Under the pieces are notes generated by a model, which saw only the letters and a list, made by a program, of their open reading frames with translations, searched no databases and was not told the origin of the DNA. DNA of 62,364 nucleotides, counting the filler, from Candidatus Fermentibacterota bacterium (GTDB lineage: Bacteria > JAFGKV01): assembly GCA_016928395.1 (NCBI GenBank). It is 5 parts of 5 records of this genome, joined end to end, with 100 filler letters (N's around TTAATTAATTAA, not from the genome) between each part and the next. Parts side by side here need not be neighbours in the genome. Positions count along the whole stretch, not along the records: positions 1 to 4,331 come from JAFGKV010000101.1; positions 4,432 to 16,494 come from JAFGKV010000102.1; 3 more parts are not named here. One strand, 5' to 3'. Below, one piece after another: positions 1-8,557 of the stretch (its first letter is position 1; each line of letters starts with the position of its first letter). The translations under genes were made by a program, and so were the position numbers.

Positions 1-90
1 CATGGAACGAGCGGGTGTGGTGAGGAGCACGAATGTCATCACCCGGCGTGACCGGGTGATCCAGGCATAGGTTCAGATGCTCGGGCCCGG

Positions 91-113
91 ATTGCCCGAA
101 CGAGTCGGGCAAT
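91..113 (+). terminator. Stem-loop, possible terminator of a gene truncated at the window start
   Basis: ATTGCCCGA-acgag-TCGGGCAAT perfect 9-bp stem, 20 nt after a TAG at 68-70; no U-tract. Confidence 0.35.
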
Positions 114-284
114 GACGGAGGGAGGGGTGGACGTTTCCCTATGTATGAGCAGGGCAATGCCCAGGGCCCCCACTCGTTTGAGAGTGCACCCCAACTTCGC
201 GCTCGTACTCGTACTCAAAGCTACGACTCCGATACCGATACCGACCCCCGCCCTCCCGCGGGCGACGGGGGGTGCATGGACAGA

Positions 285-340
285 GTAGGAGGGCCTTCAG
301 GCCCGACGGGTTTGCGTGTCGCGGCTGAAGCCGCTCCTAC
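285..340. repeat. REPIN-like inverted pair of GTAG-REP hairpins
   Basis: GTAGGAGGGCCTTCAGGCCCGAC (285-307) and, on the minus strand, GTAGGAGCGGCTTCAGCCGCGAC (340-318), 10 nt apart; each has GTAG followed by an internal palindrome. Confidence 0.75.
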
Positions 341-601
341 AGAGAAGCCGCGGCACCGCGCACGTCCGATGCGCCGTACTCTCAACCTCGAAAGACCTGG
401 GTGCAGTTGTATCCAGAGGCCCCACTGACAACTGATGACTGAGGACTGCAAGCGAAGCGAGGCTGAGTGAGGAGTGAGGGGCCTAAACCCAAACCGTTGG
501 TTGAGAGAACATGCGAGGCTCATACTTGTGCTCGACTGCCCCAGCTCGTCGACGACGACTGCGATCACGACAACGAGAGCCCCCGAGCCCCGCCCTCCCG
601 C

Positions 602-627
602 GGGCGACCAGAGACGGTCGCCCCTAC
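602..627 (-). repeat. GTAG-REP-like hairpin (family 2)
   Basis: Minus strand GTAGGGGCGACCGTCTCTGGTCGCCC; 1 mismatch to the copy at 16706-16731. Confidence 0.75.
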
Positions 628-714
628 AACGGCAACGGTAACGACGGCGATTACGACAGCGATAGCGATACCGATAGCAATACCGATAGCGATAGCGATA
701 GCGATACCGACCCC
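628..714 (+). repeat. Degenerate hexamer tandem repeat (AACGGC then GATAGC/GATACC)
   Basis: About 11 units of GATAGC/GATACC-like hexamers at 649-714, preceded by AACGGC-AACGGT-AACGAC. Confidence 0.85.
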
Positions 715-853
715 GCCCCTACAAGGCAACGGTTTCTCGTAGCGCTGGGCGGGCCTGATGGCGGACAGCCGAGAGCCAACTGCCGAGAGTTGACAACTCC
801 TCGCGGAGCGAGAGGAACCCGAAAGTCGAGCCTCGCGCCGGGGCCAAAAGCGG

Positions 854-3800
854 CTATTCCCGCATCAACCTTTCCACTGCGTGCGCCCACTCAGGGACGG
901 GTACCTCCAGTTCCTGCACGATCTTGCGCGTCATCTCGTCCATGTAGTGGCGGGCTGTGCTCATGCGGCCGCTCTGTATGGACAGTTCCACAACGCCACG
1001 ATAGGCATCCTCATCCCACGGGTCGACCTCGAGAGCCCTCTCCCAGAACCCAATGGCATCTTCAGACGCGGTACTGGGGTCTTGGGCCAGCGCATGGAGG
1101 CACTCACCCATCATCTTGGCAAGCCGCGACCTCCGAGCCTCGGCAAAGTACTCGTAGCGCACATCCTCCAGGAACGGTCCGCCGTACATGGCCACGGCGT
1201 TCTCCAGAAGAGGGCGTGCCTCATCGTGCCGGCCTTCGTTGACGGCCGCAAGGCCCCGCTTGGCTGTGCGCTCAAACACGCGATCTTGGATCTGCACATC
1301 TTCCGAGCAGTACAGCCGGTAGAAACCGTGTTCAGCGCGCACTTCGAGACGCTCTTGCATACCAAGAGCCACGAGAATCCTGCGGAGATTGCTCGCTTCG
1401 TTGTGCAGACTGTGTATCACCCTGGCAGGGTCTCCGTCTGGCCAGAGGGTATCCGCGGCCTCGTCCAGGCTCACACGCAGCCCGGGGCTCGCCAGCAATA
1501 GCTGGAGTAGGCGCTTTGCCTTTCTGGCCGCTTTCCACTGTTGTTGGGGCTCCACCGTGGCCACCCGGAACCGTAGCTGGCCCAAGGTCTCCACCCCAAT
1601 CACCACCGGCGCCGCGTCCGCAGCCGCTCGTGGCTCACTCTCCGCCGCTGCCGCGATAAGCCTCCTGGTGGTCATGCGGCGCTCTGGCCACCATCCTTGT
1701 GCGGCTCGGCCAGCCCAGAGCACCAGATCCGAGTCGCTCACCGGGATGAAACGAAAGCCTTCTGCCGTGACCGACTCCCAGAACCCGAGCAGGTGCCCCT
1801 TCGACCCGTCGTCATCTCCCTGCTGCTTTGCGGCATACGCCTGACAGAGTAGGGCATTGGCGCGAAGGTGAGAAGCGCCATGGGTCTTTGCATAAGCCAC
1901 TACACTGGCGAATGACTCTTGGGCGGCCTTGACCTTACCCTCACGGAGTAAGAGAAACCCCAGATTCAGCGCGGCCCACGGGCGGCAGCAATCGGGTCCC
2001 GGTGTGAGGTCCTTGTTCGCACCCAAGGTTCGCGCGGCAGCGTCGGTATCCCGGGAGAGGATTGCCCGGGCGTGGGCTGTCCTCGCAGACGCAACGTCAT
2101 CGGCGTCTGCCTGAGCAATCAGTGCCCGGCCCTCGTCGAAGTCGCCGCGCCACACGGCGCACAACGCCAAGAGCCCCAGCAGTTCCCGGTATGAATCCAC
2201 GGCGTGCAGGCGCGCGCTGAGATCAAGGACGGACCGGGCCCTCCGGGCGGACGCGACAAAATCGCCCTCGAAAGCATCGACTTCGGCAAGCCAACGCTCC
2301 CGGAGCAGAGAAAGGAAGGAGTCATCGCGGTCTGCAGCGACTTCATTCAGCACTGCCCGCGCCGCAGGGTATTCGCCCCGGCAGCAGTGCAGGCGCCCGC
2401 GACATACCATGAACCATTCAAGGTGGAATCCTCGCTCACCACTATCCTTCATGGCCACGGCGGCGTTCTTGACCAGTGGCGCGGCGTCGCGAAGTTCCCC
2501 GCGGTCCAGCAGACGCCAAGCCTCCCATACGTGGGGCCAATGGGAGGCTTCGGCCGGCAAGGAGCGGGCCAAGGCATCAAGGGCCGAGGTGTGAGGTTCC
2601 CGTGCAGGGCTCCTCTCGCAGGATTCAAGGCCCGTCCGGGCCGGTCTGCCGACCACGAGGCCAACCACGGCAAGATATGAGCGCAACAGCCCTTCCTCGT
2701 CGCTCGCCGATTCAAGACAGGCCAATCCCCTCGCTATGGGGACGAGCCTGGCCGGATCCCAATCGATGATGGTTGCGAGCCCCATGGTGCGCAGTGCTCT
2801 CGAGACACCGGCGCCATCCCGAGCCTTGATGTAGCTGGATAGAGCGTGTTCCATGTCACGGCGGCCTTCAAGAACTCTCCCGACCACACCCCAATGCTCC
2901 GCCACGCGCTCGGGGCCCCACTCTGCGGCGCGGGCGATCATGAGCTGCCGGCGAGTCTCCTCGCCGATCACGTATCGATCTGCCCCGCGAGAGACCAGAA
3001 GCGTTCCTGCTCGCGCCAGTTCGCGCAACCGAAGGTGTGCACCGCCTACCCCGGTGAGAACCTCGGCGTCACCGGGCTCAATGGAAGGCAGATACGAGAG
3101 AGAGAGGATCAACTCACGATCGATACTATCGGAAGGGAGGCAAAGGTCGCCCGGTGTCGGCCGGTAGACATTCGCTCCGCTGGGATTGCGCACGTCTATC
3201 GCGGTTGGCGCCGTAGTGAAGGCCGCCGCCATGGCCATGACACCTCGGGGCCAGCCTTCCGTGACGTGGGTCACAGCAGCAATGACCTCGTCAGTCACAC
3301 CACTCCCCCACCTTGCCACGGCAGCCCTGACCTCATGTGGCGTGAATGCCAACCGTTCAGGCCCAATAACAGCCAGTTGACCGGCCCGTGCCACCGCCTC
3401 CAACGAGGTCGCCGGCATGGCGGTGGCCGTCAGCGCCACGCCCACCGAGGCAGGAGTGGCAGCAAGCAACTCAAGCGCCAGGGCCACAATCTGATCCCGC
3501 TGTGGTGAGTGCTCAACGCCGTCCAGTATCACACGAAGACCCGCGGGGAACCGCTCGTGAGCCAAGTTCGATATGACGTGTACCGGAGCGTCTCGAGGAG
3601 AGTTGGATCCGGCGGAAGGCATGCCCTCGGCACCCGCCATCGTCGATGCTTCCACCATGATTCGATGGGTCATGGAGCCCAGCGACGGGATATCGCCGGC
3701 CATGTCAAGCCAGACGACGGGAAGGCCGCAGTGACTGGCCGCATCCCGCAGCGCCAGGGTCTTTCCGTATCCGCTGGGGGCAAGGATGAGCACCAGCCGC

Positions 3801-3919
3801 CGCCTCAGGGCCTTCAGAAGCAAGGAGCGAAGACCCGGGCGCTCTATCAGGGCCGGGCTAAGTGCGTGCCCTTCTGATCCGGCAATCCACGAACGAGTGA
3901 CCTCGTCTGGTGACGCCAT
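854..3919 (-). CDS. MalT-like ATPase / TPR / SARP-type BTAD transcriptional regulator
   Basis: N-terminal Walker A (APSGYGKT) and MalT-like motifs (LAFTPHE, TEGWP); central helical repeats; C-terminal winged helix plus BTAD (YGGPFLED, LEVDPWDEDAYR); GGAGG upstream of ATG 3919. Confidence 0.85.
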   Translation of the reverse strand: MASPDEVTRSWIAGSEGHALSPALIERPGLRSLLLKALRRRLVLILAPSGYGKTLALRDAASHCGLPVVWLDMAGDIPSLGSMTHRIMVEASTMAGAEGMPSAGSNSPRDAPVHVISNLAHERFPAGLRVILDGVEHSPQRDQIVALALELLAATPASVGVALTATAMPATSLEAVARAGQLAVIGPERLAFTPHEVRAAVARWGSGVTDEVIAAVTHVTEGWPRGVMAMAAAFTTAPTAIDVRNPSGANVYRPTPGDLCLPSDSIDRELILSLSYLPSIEPGDAEVLTGVGGAHLRLRELARAGTLLVSRGADRYVIGEETRRQLMIARAAEWGPERVAEHWGVVGRVLEGRRDMEHALSSYIKARDGAGVSRALRTMGLATIIDWDPARLVPIARGLACLESASDEEGLLRSYLAVVGLVVGRPARTGLESCERSPAREPHTSALDALARSLPAEASHWPHVWEAWRLLDRGELRDAAPLVKNAAVAMKDSGERGFHLEWFMVCRGRLHCCRGEYPAARAVLNEVAADRDDSFLSLLRERWLAEVDAFEGDFVASARRARSVLDLSARLHAVDSYRELLGLLALCAVWRGDFDEGRALIAQADADDVASARTAHARAILSRDTDAAARTLGANKDLTPGPDCCRPWAALNLGFLLLREGKVKAAQESFASVVAYAKTHGASHLRANALLCQAYAAKQQGDDDGSKGHLLGFWESVTAEGFRFIPVSDSDLVLWAGRAAQGWWPERRMTTRRLIAAAAESEPRAAADAAPVVIGVETLGQLRFRVATVEPQQQWKAARKAKRLLQLLLASPGLRVSLDEAADTLWPDGDPARVIHSLHNEASNLRRILVALGMQERLEVRAEHGFYRLYCSEDVQIQDRVFERTAKRGLAAVNEGRHDEARPLLENAVAMYGGPFLEDVRYEYFAEARRSRLAKMMGECLHALAQDPSTASEDAIGFWERALEVDPWDEDAYRGVVELSIQSGRMSTARHYMDEMTRKIVQELEVPVPEWAHAVERLMRE

Positions 3920-4133
3920 GTGGTAGCCTCCGCAGACGTGCTGACGCGATCCGGGCATCTCCCACCGAATCGTGAAGGAGATAGGTGACCCTCATCAGCA
4001 TCAGTGTATGAATGCGCGGGTCCAAGGTCAACCGTCAGAGGGGAAGAAGTCCATCGAGTGAGGAGGGAGGACATCAGGCTACGGGAGTGGGGTCGCGGAG
4101 TGCGGAACGCGGGGTGACCATGAAAAGCATGAA

Positions 4134-4175
4134 GAGTGAGGAGTGAGGAGTGAGGAGTGAGGGGTGAGGAGTGAG
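4134..4175 (+). repeat. Heptamer tandem repeat (GAGTGAG)x6
   Basis: Six units, one variant GGGTGAG; shorter related copy near 464-480. Confidence 0.9.
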
Positions 4176-4192
4176 GGGTTTGAACCCCAAAC

Positions 4193-4298
4193 CTAGGCTG
4201 TAACTTACCGCCGCGGCACCAGAAGTTGCACCACGTATCGTCCCGGCTGGCCCGGGGCCCCCACTAAGCTGTAACTTCACTCCACGCGGCACCCATCA
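4193..4298 (+). repeat. 106-bp dispersed repeat near contig end (possible mobile-element/MITE end)
   Basis: 102/106 identical to 49996-50101; contains two CTA(A/G)GCTGTAACTT motifs. Confidence 0.85.
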
Positions 4299-4331
4299 CC
4301 CTCATCCCCCGCATCCGCGGGTGCGGGGTGA

Positions 4332-4431
4332 NNNNNNNNNNNNNNNNNNNNNNNNNNNNNNNNNNNNNNNNNNNNTTAATTAATTAANNNNNNNNNNNNN
4401 NNNNNNNNNNNNNNNNNNNNNNNNNNNNNNN
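4332..4431. other. Artificial contig linker
   Basis: 44 N + TTAATTAATTAA (stops in all six frames) + 44 N. Confidence 0.99.
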
Positions 4432-4491
4432 AGCGGGCGGTGTAGGGATTTGTGTAGAGACCATGCGCAACCCCACACAAGGAGTGTCTGT

Positions 4492-4881
4492 ATGAGAACA
4501 GCGCTGGCGATCTCGATTCTGGCCATGGTCGTGTGCCTTGCGGGAGCACCAGGGCTCCACGCCGATCCGTCGGATCTCACCGTGGATGTCAGGATCTCAC
4601 CCTCAACCATCGTCATCGGAGCCCCGGGCGACTGGGTGACCGCCCATGCTGACATACCGTATTCATCGGTGAATACTGCAACCGTGGCCCTCGATGGGAT
4701 TCCCGCCGCGTGGACCAAGGCCGACGCGCGGGGAAACTTGGTGGCTAAGTTCGCCCGGGCCGACGTGGAGGCAATCGTGGCTCCGCCGTCGGCAGTCTTG
4801 ACCCTTGCCGGGATGACCGACGATGGCGTTCCTTTCGCGGGTTCGGATCTCGTAACGGTCGTCGTTCGGGAGATGCGCTAA
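4492..4881 (+). CDS. Secreted hypothetical protein, beta-sandwich-like
   Basis: AAGGAG RBS; signal peptide ending GLHA; beta-rich mature part. Confidence 0.75.
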   Translation: MRTALAISILAMVVCLAGAPGLHADPSDLTVDVRISPSTIVIGAPGDWVTAHADIPYSSVNTATVALDGIPAAWTKADARGNLVAKFARADVEAIVAPPSAVLTLAGMTDDGVPFAGSDLVTVVVREMR

Positions 4882-5105
4882 ACGCGGCGTGATCTGAGAT
4901 GAGAACAGCTTCGTCGCCACGGGTGGACCCAGGATCAGGCACACCGTGGCGGCGAGGCGCATTCTGTTTCGCGGCGCTGCCCATACGGTTTCCTCCCGGC
5001 GGCGGTGCCCCCACGGAGGAGAGAGAACGAGATGCATGCCCAACCACATCGGGGCGCGAGGGGGGCAAAGGCGCGACCACCCCTTCCATCCGGGCTCTGC
5101 CCATC

Positions 5106-5648
5106 ATGAACACCGCGTCAGATGCCTCATTGGTGGCACAGTGTCTCGACGGCAGGCGGGAAGGATACGCGGAGCTGGTGCGCAGGTATCAGGGGCCTGT
5201 GTTCGGTCTGGCGTATCGAATGACGCGCAGCCACGAGGATGCCGAGGATCTGGCCCAGGAGACCTTCATCCAGGCATATCGAAAGCTCCAAAGCTATGAC
5301 ACGGCGTATCCCTTTCGCGCCTGGGTGTTGCGCATTTGCGCCAATCGAGCCAAGAACCGGTTTCGGAGCACCGACCGCCGTCGCAGGGCCGAGGAAGCCC
5401 ATGTCGAGATCCATCCGCCGGACGCCGGGGCCATGGAGCCCGATCTCGTTGCCCTGGATGAAGCCATCGCCCGAATACCCCAGATGCTCCGTATCCCCCT
5501 GGTGCTCAAGCATGTAGAGGGATTGCCGTATGAAGAGATCGCGCAGGTGCTCGGCATCGGCATCAGCGCGGCCAAGATGCGGGTGAAACGAGGCAGGGAT
5601 GAACTGGTCCGGCTGCTTCATCCCGAATCAGGGAGGGTTACCCAATGA
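5106..5648 (+). CDS. ECF sigma-70 family RNA polymerase sigma factor
   Basis: Region 2 (DAEDLAQETF, FRAWVLRI) and region 4 (YEEIAQVLGI, KMRVKRGR); start codon uncertain. Confidence 0.93.
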   Translation: MNTASDASLVAQCLDGRREGYAELVRRYQGPVFGLAYRMTRSHEDAEDLAQETFIQAYRKLQSYDTAYPFRAWVLRICANRAKNRFRSTDRRRRAEEAHVEIHPPDAGAMEPDLVALDEAIARIPQMLRIPLVLKHVEGLPYEEIAQVLGIGISAAKMRVKRGRDELVRLLHPESGRVTQ

Positions 5649-6229
5649 AGGGGAGTAAGGAACACGTTCACAGGATGCTGGATGGAGATCCGGCCGCGTC
5701 AGCAGAACTCTCTCCTGACCAAACTGAAGAACTCGCCACGTATGCGAAGGCCCTGCGGGGGCTGGAAACGGCACGCGTGTCGGTGCCCCCGGGCTTCACC
5801 GAGCGGGTCATGGCGGTGCTTCCCGAGAGTATCGATGTGCCTTGGGGCGAGAGGATCAGATCGTTGTGGCCGGGGCAAGGCAGATGGGTCATCCCTGCCG
5901 TGGCCGGCGCCATGGCGACTGTGCTGTGTGCTTTTGGTGTGCCTTTGATCACAGGAGGCACGAACCGCCCCGTGGAGGTGACGTTTGAGCTGCATGCACC
6001 CGACGCGCGGAGCGTGGAGCTTATCGGCAGTTTCAACGGATGGAGGAGGGGAGAAGCCGCCCTCCAGGGACCTGACGCCACAGGACACTGGTCAGTGACC
6101 GTGCCACTTGATCCCGGCAGGCACGAGTACCTGTTCGTCATCGATGACCGGCAGATGGTGCCGGATCCTTCGGCTTCGCTGTATCGTCCAGATGGTTTCG
6201 GCCGCACCAACGCGGTCATCGACATCTAA
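5645..6229 (+). CDS. Putative anti-sigma factor with C-terminal glycogen-binding (CBM48/AMPK-beta-like) domain
   Basis: ATGA overlap with the sigma gene; PPGFTERVM motif, one TM helix, then VELIGSFNGW...PGRHEYLFVID...PDP...DGFG..NAVI. Confidence 0.85.
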   Translation: MKGSKEHVHRMLDGDPAASAELSPDQTEELATYAKALRGLETARVSVPPGFTERVMAVLPESIDVPWGERIRSLWPGQGRWVIPAVAGAMATVLCAFGVPLITGGTNRPVEVTFELHAPDARSVELIGSFNGWRRGEAALQGPDATGHWSVTVPLDPGRHEYLFVIDDRQMVPDPSASLYRPDGFGRTNAVIDI

Positions 6230-6242
6230 GGGGGTATCAACC

Positions 6243-7034
6243 ATGCATATGTCACGAATGACGCGGGCCGTGCTCCTCATGTGGGGTGTTGCCATCACGG
6301 TGTCTACATCCGCCGGAGACACCGTCCCCACTGACTGGCCGGCGCTGCAGAGCCTGTGTGAGGAAGCCGGCCTCGACGCCACGCCGGTCCGAGAGATCTT
6401 CAGGCATTGCCAGCGAGAACGCATCGGTATCGGCGATGCCCACGCAATGCTGGGATGGGCGATTGAAGCCTCGCGCGAGGAGTTGCCGGCGCGTCCGGTC
6501 ATGGCGAAGATCGTCGAGGGGCTGGGGAAGGGAGTGCCGCCCGAGGACATCGCGGAGGTGTCACGGCAAAGGGTTCGGCATCTCTACCGAGCCAGGGAGA
6601 TCATTAGGGCGGCGGACGGACGGCTGGCTGTCGAGCCGGTGATCGTCGCCGGGGCCCAGGCCATGGAGAGCGGCGTGAGCGAGGATGCGGTACGAGTCGT
6701 GGTGGAGGCGGGGCGCGATAGCAGGGCGGGAGATCTCCAGGCTCTGCTGGAGGCCGGCGAAGAGCTCTATCTGGCGGGATTCGGTTCCGAGGATATCCCC
6801 CCGATGCTGATCGATTGCCTGCAGCGGCGCCTGAATCGTGTCGAACTCAGGAGAGCGGTTCGGTATGCCTGTCAGCAGAGGCAGCGGGGTATGGAGCCTC
6901 GTAGGATCCGCCAGGCGCTGTGGGGGGGAGAACAGGGTTCACAACAGCAGCACCAAAACCGCGAGCACAATGGCCAGGGCGGCGGGATAGGGCCTGGCCC
7001 CGGCGGGCCGCGCCACGGACGCGGTAGGCCGTGA
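6243..7034 (+). CDS. Secreted helical hypothetical protein with Gly/Gln-rich tail
   Basis: RBS-like GGGGG, signal peptide, KIVEGLGKGV motif, in operon. Confidence 0.75.
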   Translation: MHMSRMTRAVLLMWGVAITVSTSAGDTVPTDWPALQSLCEEAGLDATPVREIFRHCQRERIGIGDAHAMLGWAIEASREELPARPVMAKIVEGLGKGVPPEDIAEVSRQRVRHLYRAREIIRAADGRLAVEPVIVAGAQAMESGVSEDAVRVVVEAGRDSRAGDLQALLEAGEELYLAGFGSEDIPPMLIDCLQRRLNRVELRRAVRYACQQRQRGMEPRRIRQALWGGEQGSQQQHQNREHNGQGGGIGPGPGGPRHGRGRP

Positions 7035-7975
7035 GACCCTTCGGGGGGCCGGCGCGCTGCATCATCATGGCGGGCGTTTCCATAGGCCGATGTCTTGCTG
7101 CCGAGATCTACCTTTCACCACAGATCGAGACATCGGTCGGTTACGATTCGAACCGTTTCCAGATGGAGGCAGGTGCCGGCTCGGCCTACGGCGTTCTGAT
7201 GCCGTCAATCGATATAACTTCGTTCATCTCCTCCACCGTTGAGCTGCAGGCCGCCTTGGCGTACCAGAAGAGGGGCTTTCTAAGGGAGGGATTCTCCCAT
7301 GCAGAGCATGCCAGTGGAATTCTCGGTCTCTGGCATGCAGGCGCGTGCTGGGAGGGAGGAGTGTCGTTGGCTGCTGCCCGGACCCGTGACGCAGCCATTC
7401 CCGAGGACGATCTGGCCCGCGGCGGGTTCTCTGCGGGGCTGACATACAACGACCTGGCCGGGAGGCGCTACGAGTTTGCAGGCGCACTGGAGAGGGTCGC
7501 GTACGATTCGGCGGAAGACGAGGACGGGAAATCGGTGACGGGAACGCACTGGCGTCTGAGGCCAGCCGTCAGGCTTCCTATCGGTCCGGGAGTCTTCTTG
7601 TGGGGTGAGCCCGTCGCTGAGGGGTTCACCTGTAATGACCCTGGCAGGGAGTACACAGGGTGCGGGATCAGCCTTGGGTTGGACTACTCGCCGCCGGCTC
7701 CCCTGCGCGCAGGTGTGTCAGTGGACTTGGGTGTCCACGATTATGCGAACCCTGCTGACGCTTCTCTCTCCAAGACGGATGCCACGGCGCGATCATTCAC
7801 CCTGTGGTGCGCGATGCGAACCAGTGCCCGGGCCGAGTTGTTCGCCGACCTGCAGGGAGGGACGTTCTGGAGCGACGACACTACAACGAACTATGGCCGA
7901 TGGCAGGGGCGATTGGGAATTCGTCTACGGCACGATGCGGAGATAGGCCCGCTGCGCCGCTTTGCCGGGGGGTGA
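7031..7975 (+). CDS. Putative outer-membrane beta-barrel protein
   Basis: GTGA overlap; N-terminal GYDSN motif; alternating amphipathic strands. Confidence 0.7.
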   Translation: MRPFGGPARCIIMAGVSIGRCLAAEIYLSPQIETSVGYDSNRFQMEAGAGSAYGVLMPSIDITSFISSTVELQAALAYQKRGFLREGFSHAEHASGILGLWHAGACWEGGVSLAAARTRDAAIPEDDLARGGFSAGLTYNDLAGRRYEFAGALERVAYDSAEDEDGKSVTGTHWRLRPAVRLPIGPGVFLWGEPVAEGFTCNDPGREYTGCGISLGLDYSPPAPLRAGVSVDLGVHDYANPADASLSKTDATARSFTLWCAMRTSARAELFADLQGGTFWSDDTTTNYGRWQGRLGIRLRHDAEIGPLRRFAGG

Positions 7976-8233
7976 GCTGTGTGGCACATCTGAAAACGGA
8001 TAGCCAGTGAAGAGGTAAAGAAGCAAAGAGGTAACGGAAGAGAAGGGCGTCGGTGGTGCAGCCGTGGATACGCGGCACATCCGACACGGCGCCGATAGCT
8101 GGAAGCCTACCGCGCAGTAGATCGAACGCAAAACCTCTGCCGGACTGGCACACCGGCTGTGTATGTGCAGATTGATCCATGATTTGCCCGACACCCCGCG
8201 GACGCTGCCCGGCCGGCCCCGGAGGAAACCAAG

Positions 8234-8446
8234 GTGAACGACAATCCGATCGATTCCAGGCCACGGCACTTCGATGATGAAGGTAATGAGCTGAACCCTG
8301 ACCTGATCACGAAACCGTCCCTATGCCTCTCCTGGGCCAAGCATGACGACCCTGACGAGGAGATCCCCTGCAATCTCACCCGCGTGGATCAGGACGGGGA
8401 AGAGGAGTTTGAATGCGCGGCGTACGAGCCCAAACACCCGCGTTGA
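8234..8446 (+). CDS. Small acidic Cys-containing hypothetical protein
   Basis: GGAGG RBS at 8221; 70 aa with CLSW...CNLTR.DQ...FECAAY. Confidence 0.65.
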   Translation: MNDNPIDSRPRHFDDEGNELNPDLITKPSLCLSWAKHDDPDEEIPCNLTRVDQDGEEEFECAAYEPKHPR

Positions 8447-8557
8447 AGCCTGCGCAAAGCGGCCCCCGTGACGGCCGTGATCCGTGTCGGCGGCGCCCCG
8501 TCGAAGAAGGCTTGGAGCGTCCACGCCTTCGAGAGTGAGCCACCGGAGGACATCACC

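Noticed and set aside
511-1242. ORFs with DSDSDTD or IAIPIAI repeats
   Set aside because: Translations of the hexamer repeat mosaic; no RBS or domain, and they overlap a real gene.
4134-4175. Heptamer repeats as flanks of a four-helix-bundle gene
   Set aside because: No such ORF is adjacent in the window.
4193-4298. Two CTAAGCTGTAACTT motifs 71 nt apart as a mini CRISPR array
   Set aside because: Only two short divergent units, and the would-be spacer is nearly identical in the second copy at 49996-50101.
4376-4387. TTAATTAATTAA within N-runs, four times
   Set aside because: Artificial six-frame-stop linker. ORFs crossing it and adjacency across it (for example htrA next to cas3) are not biological.
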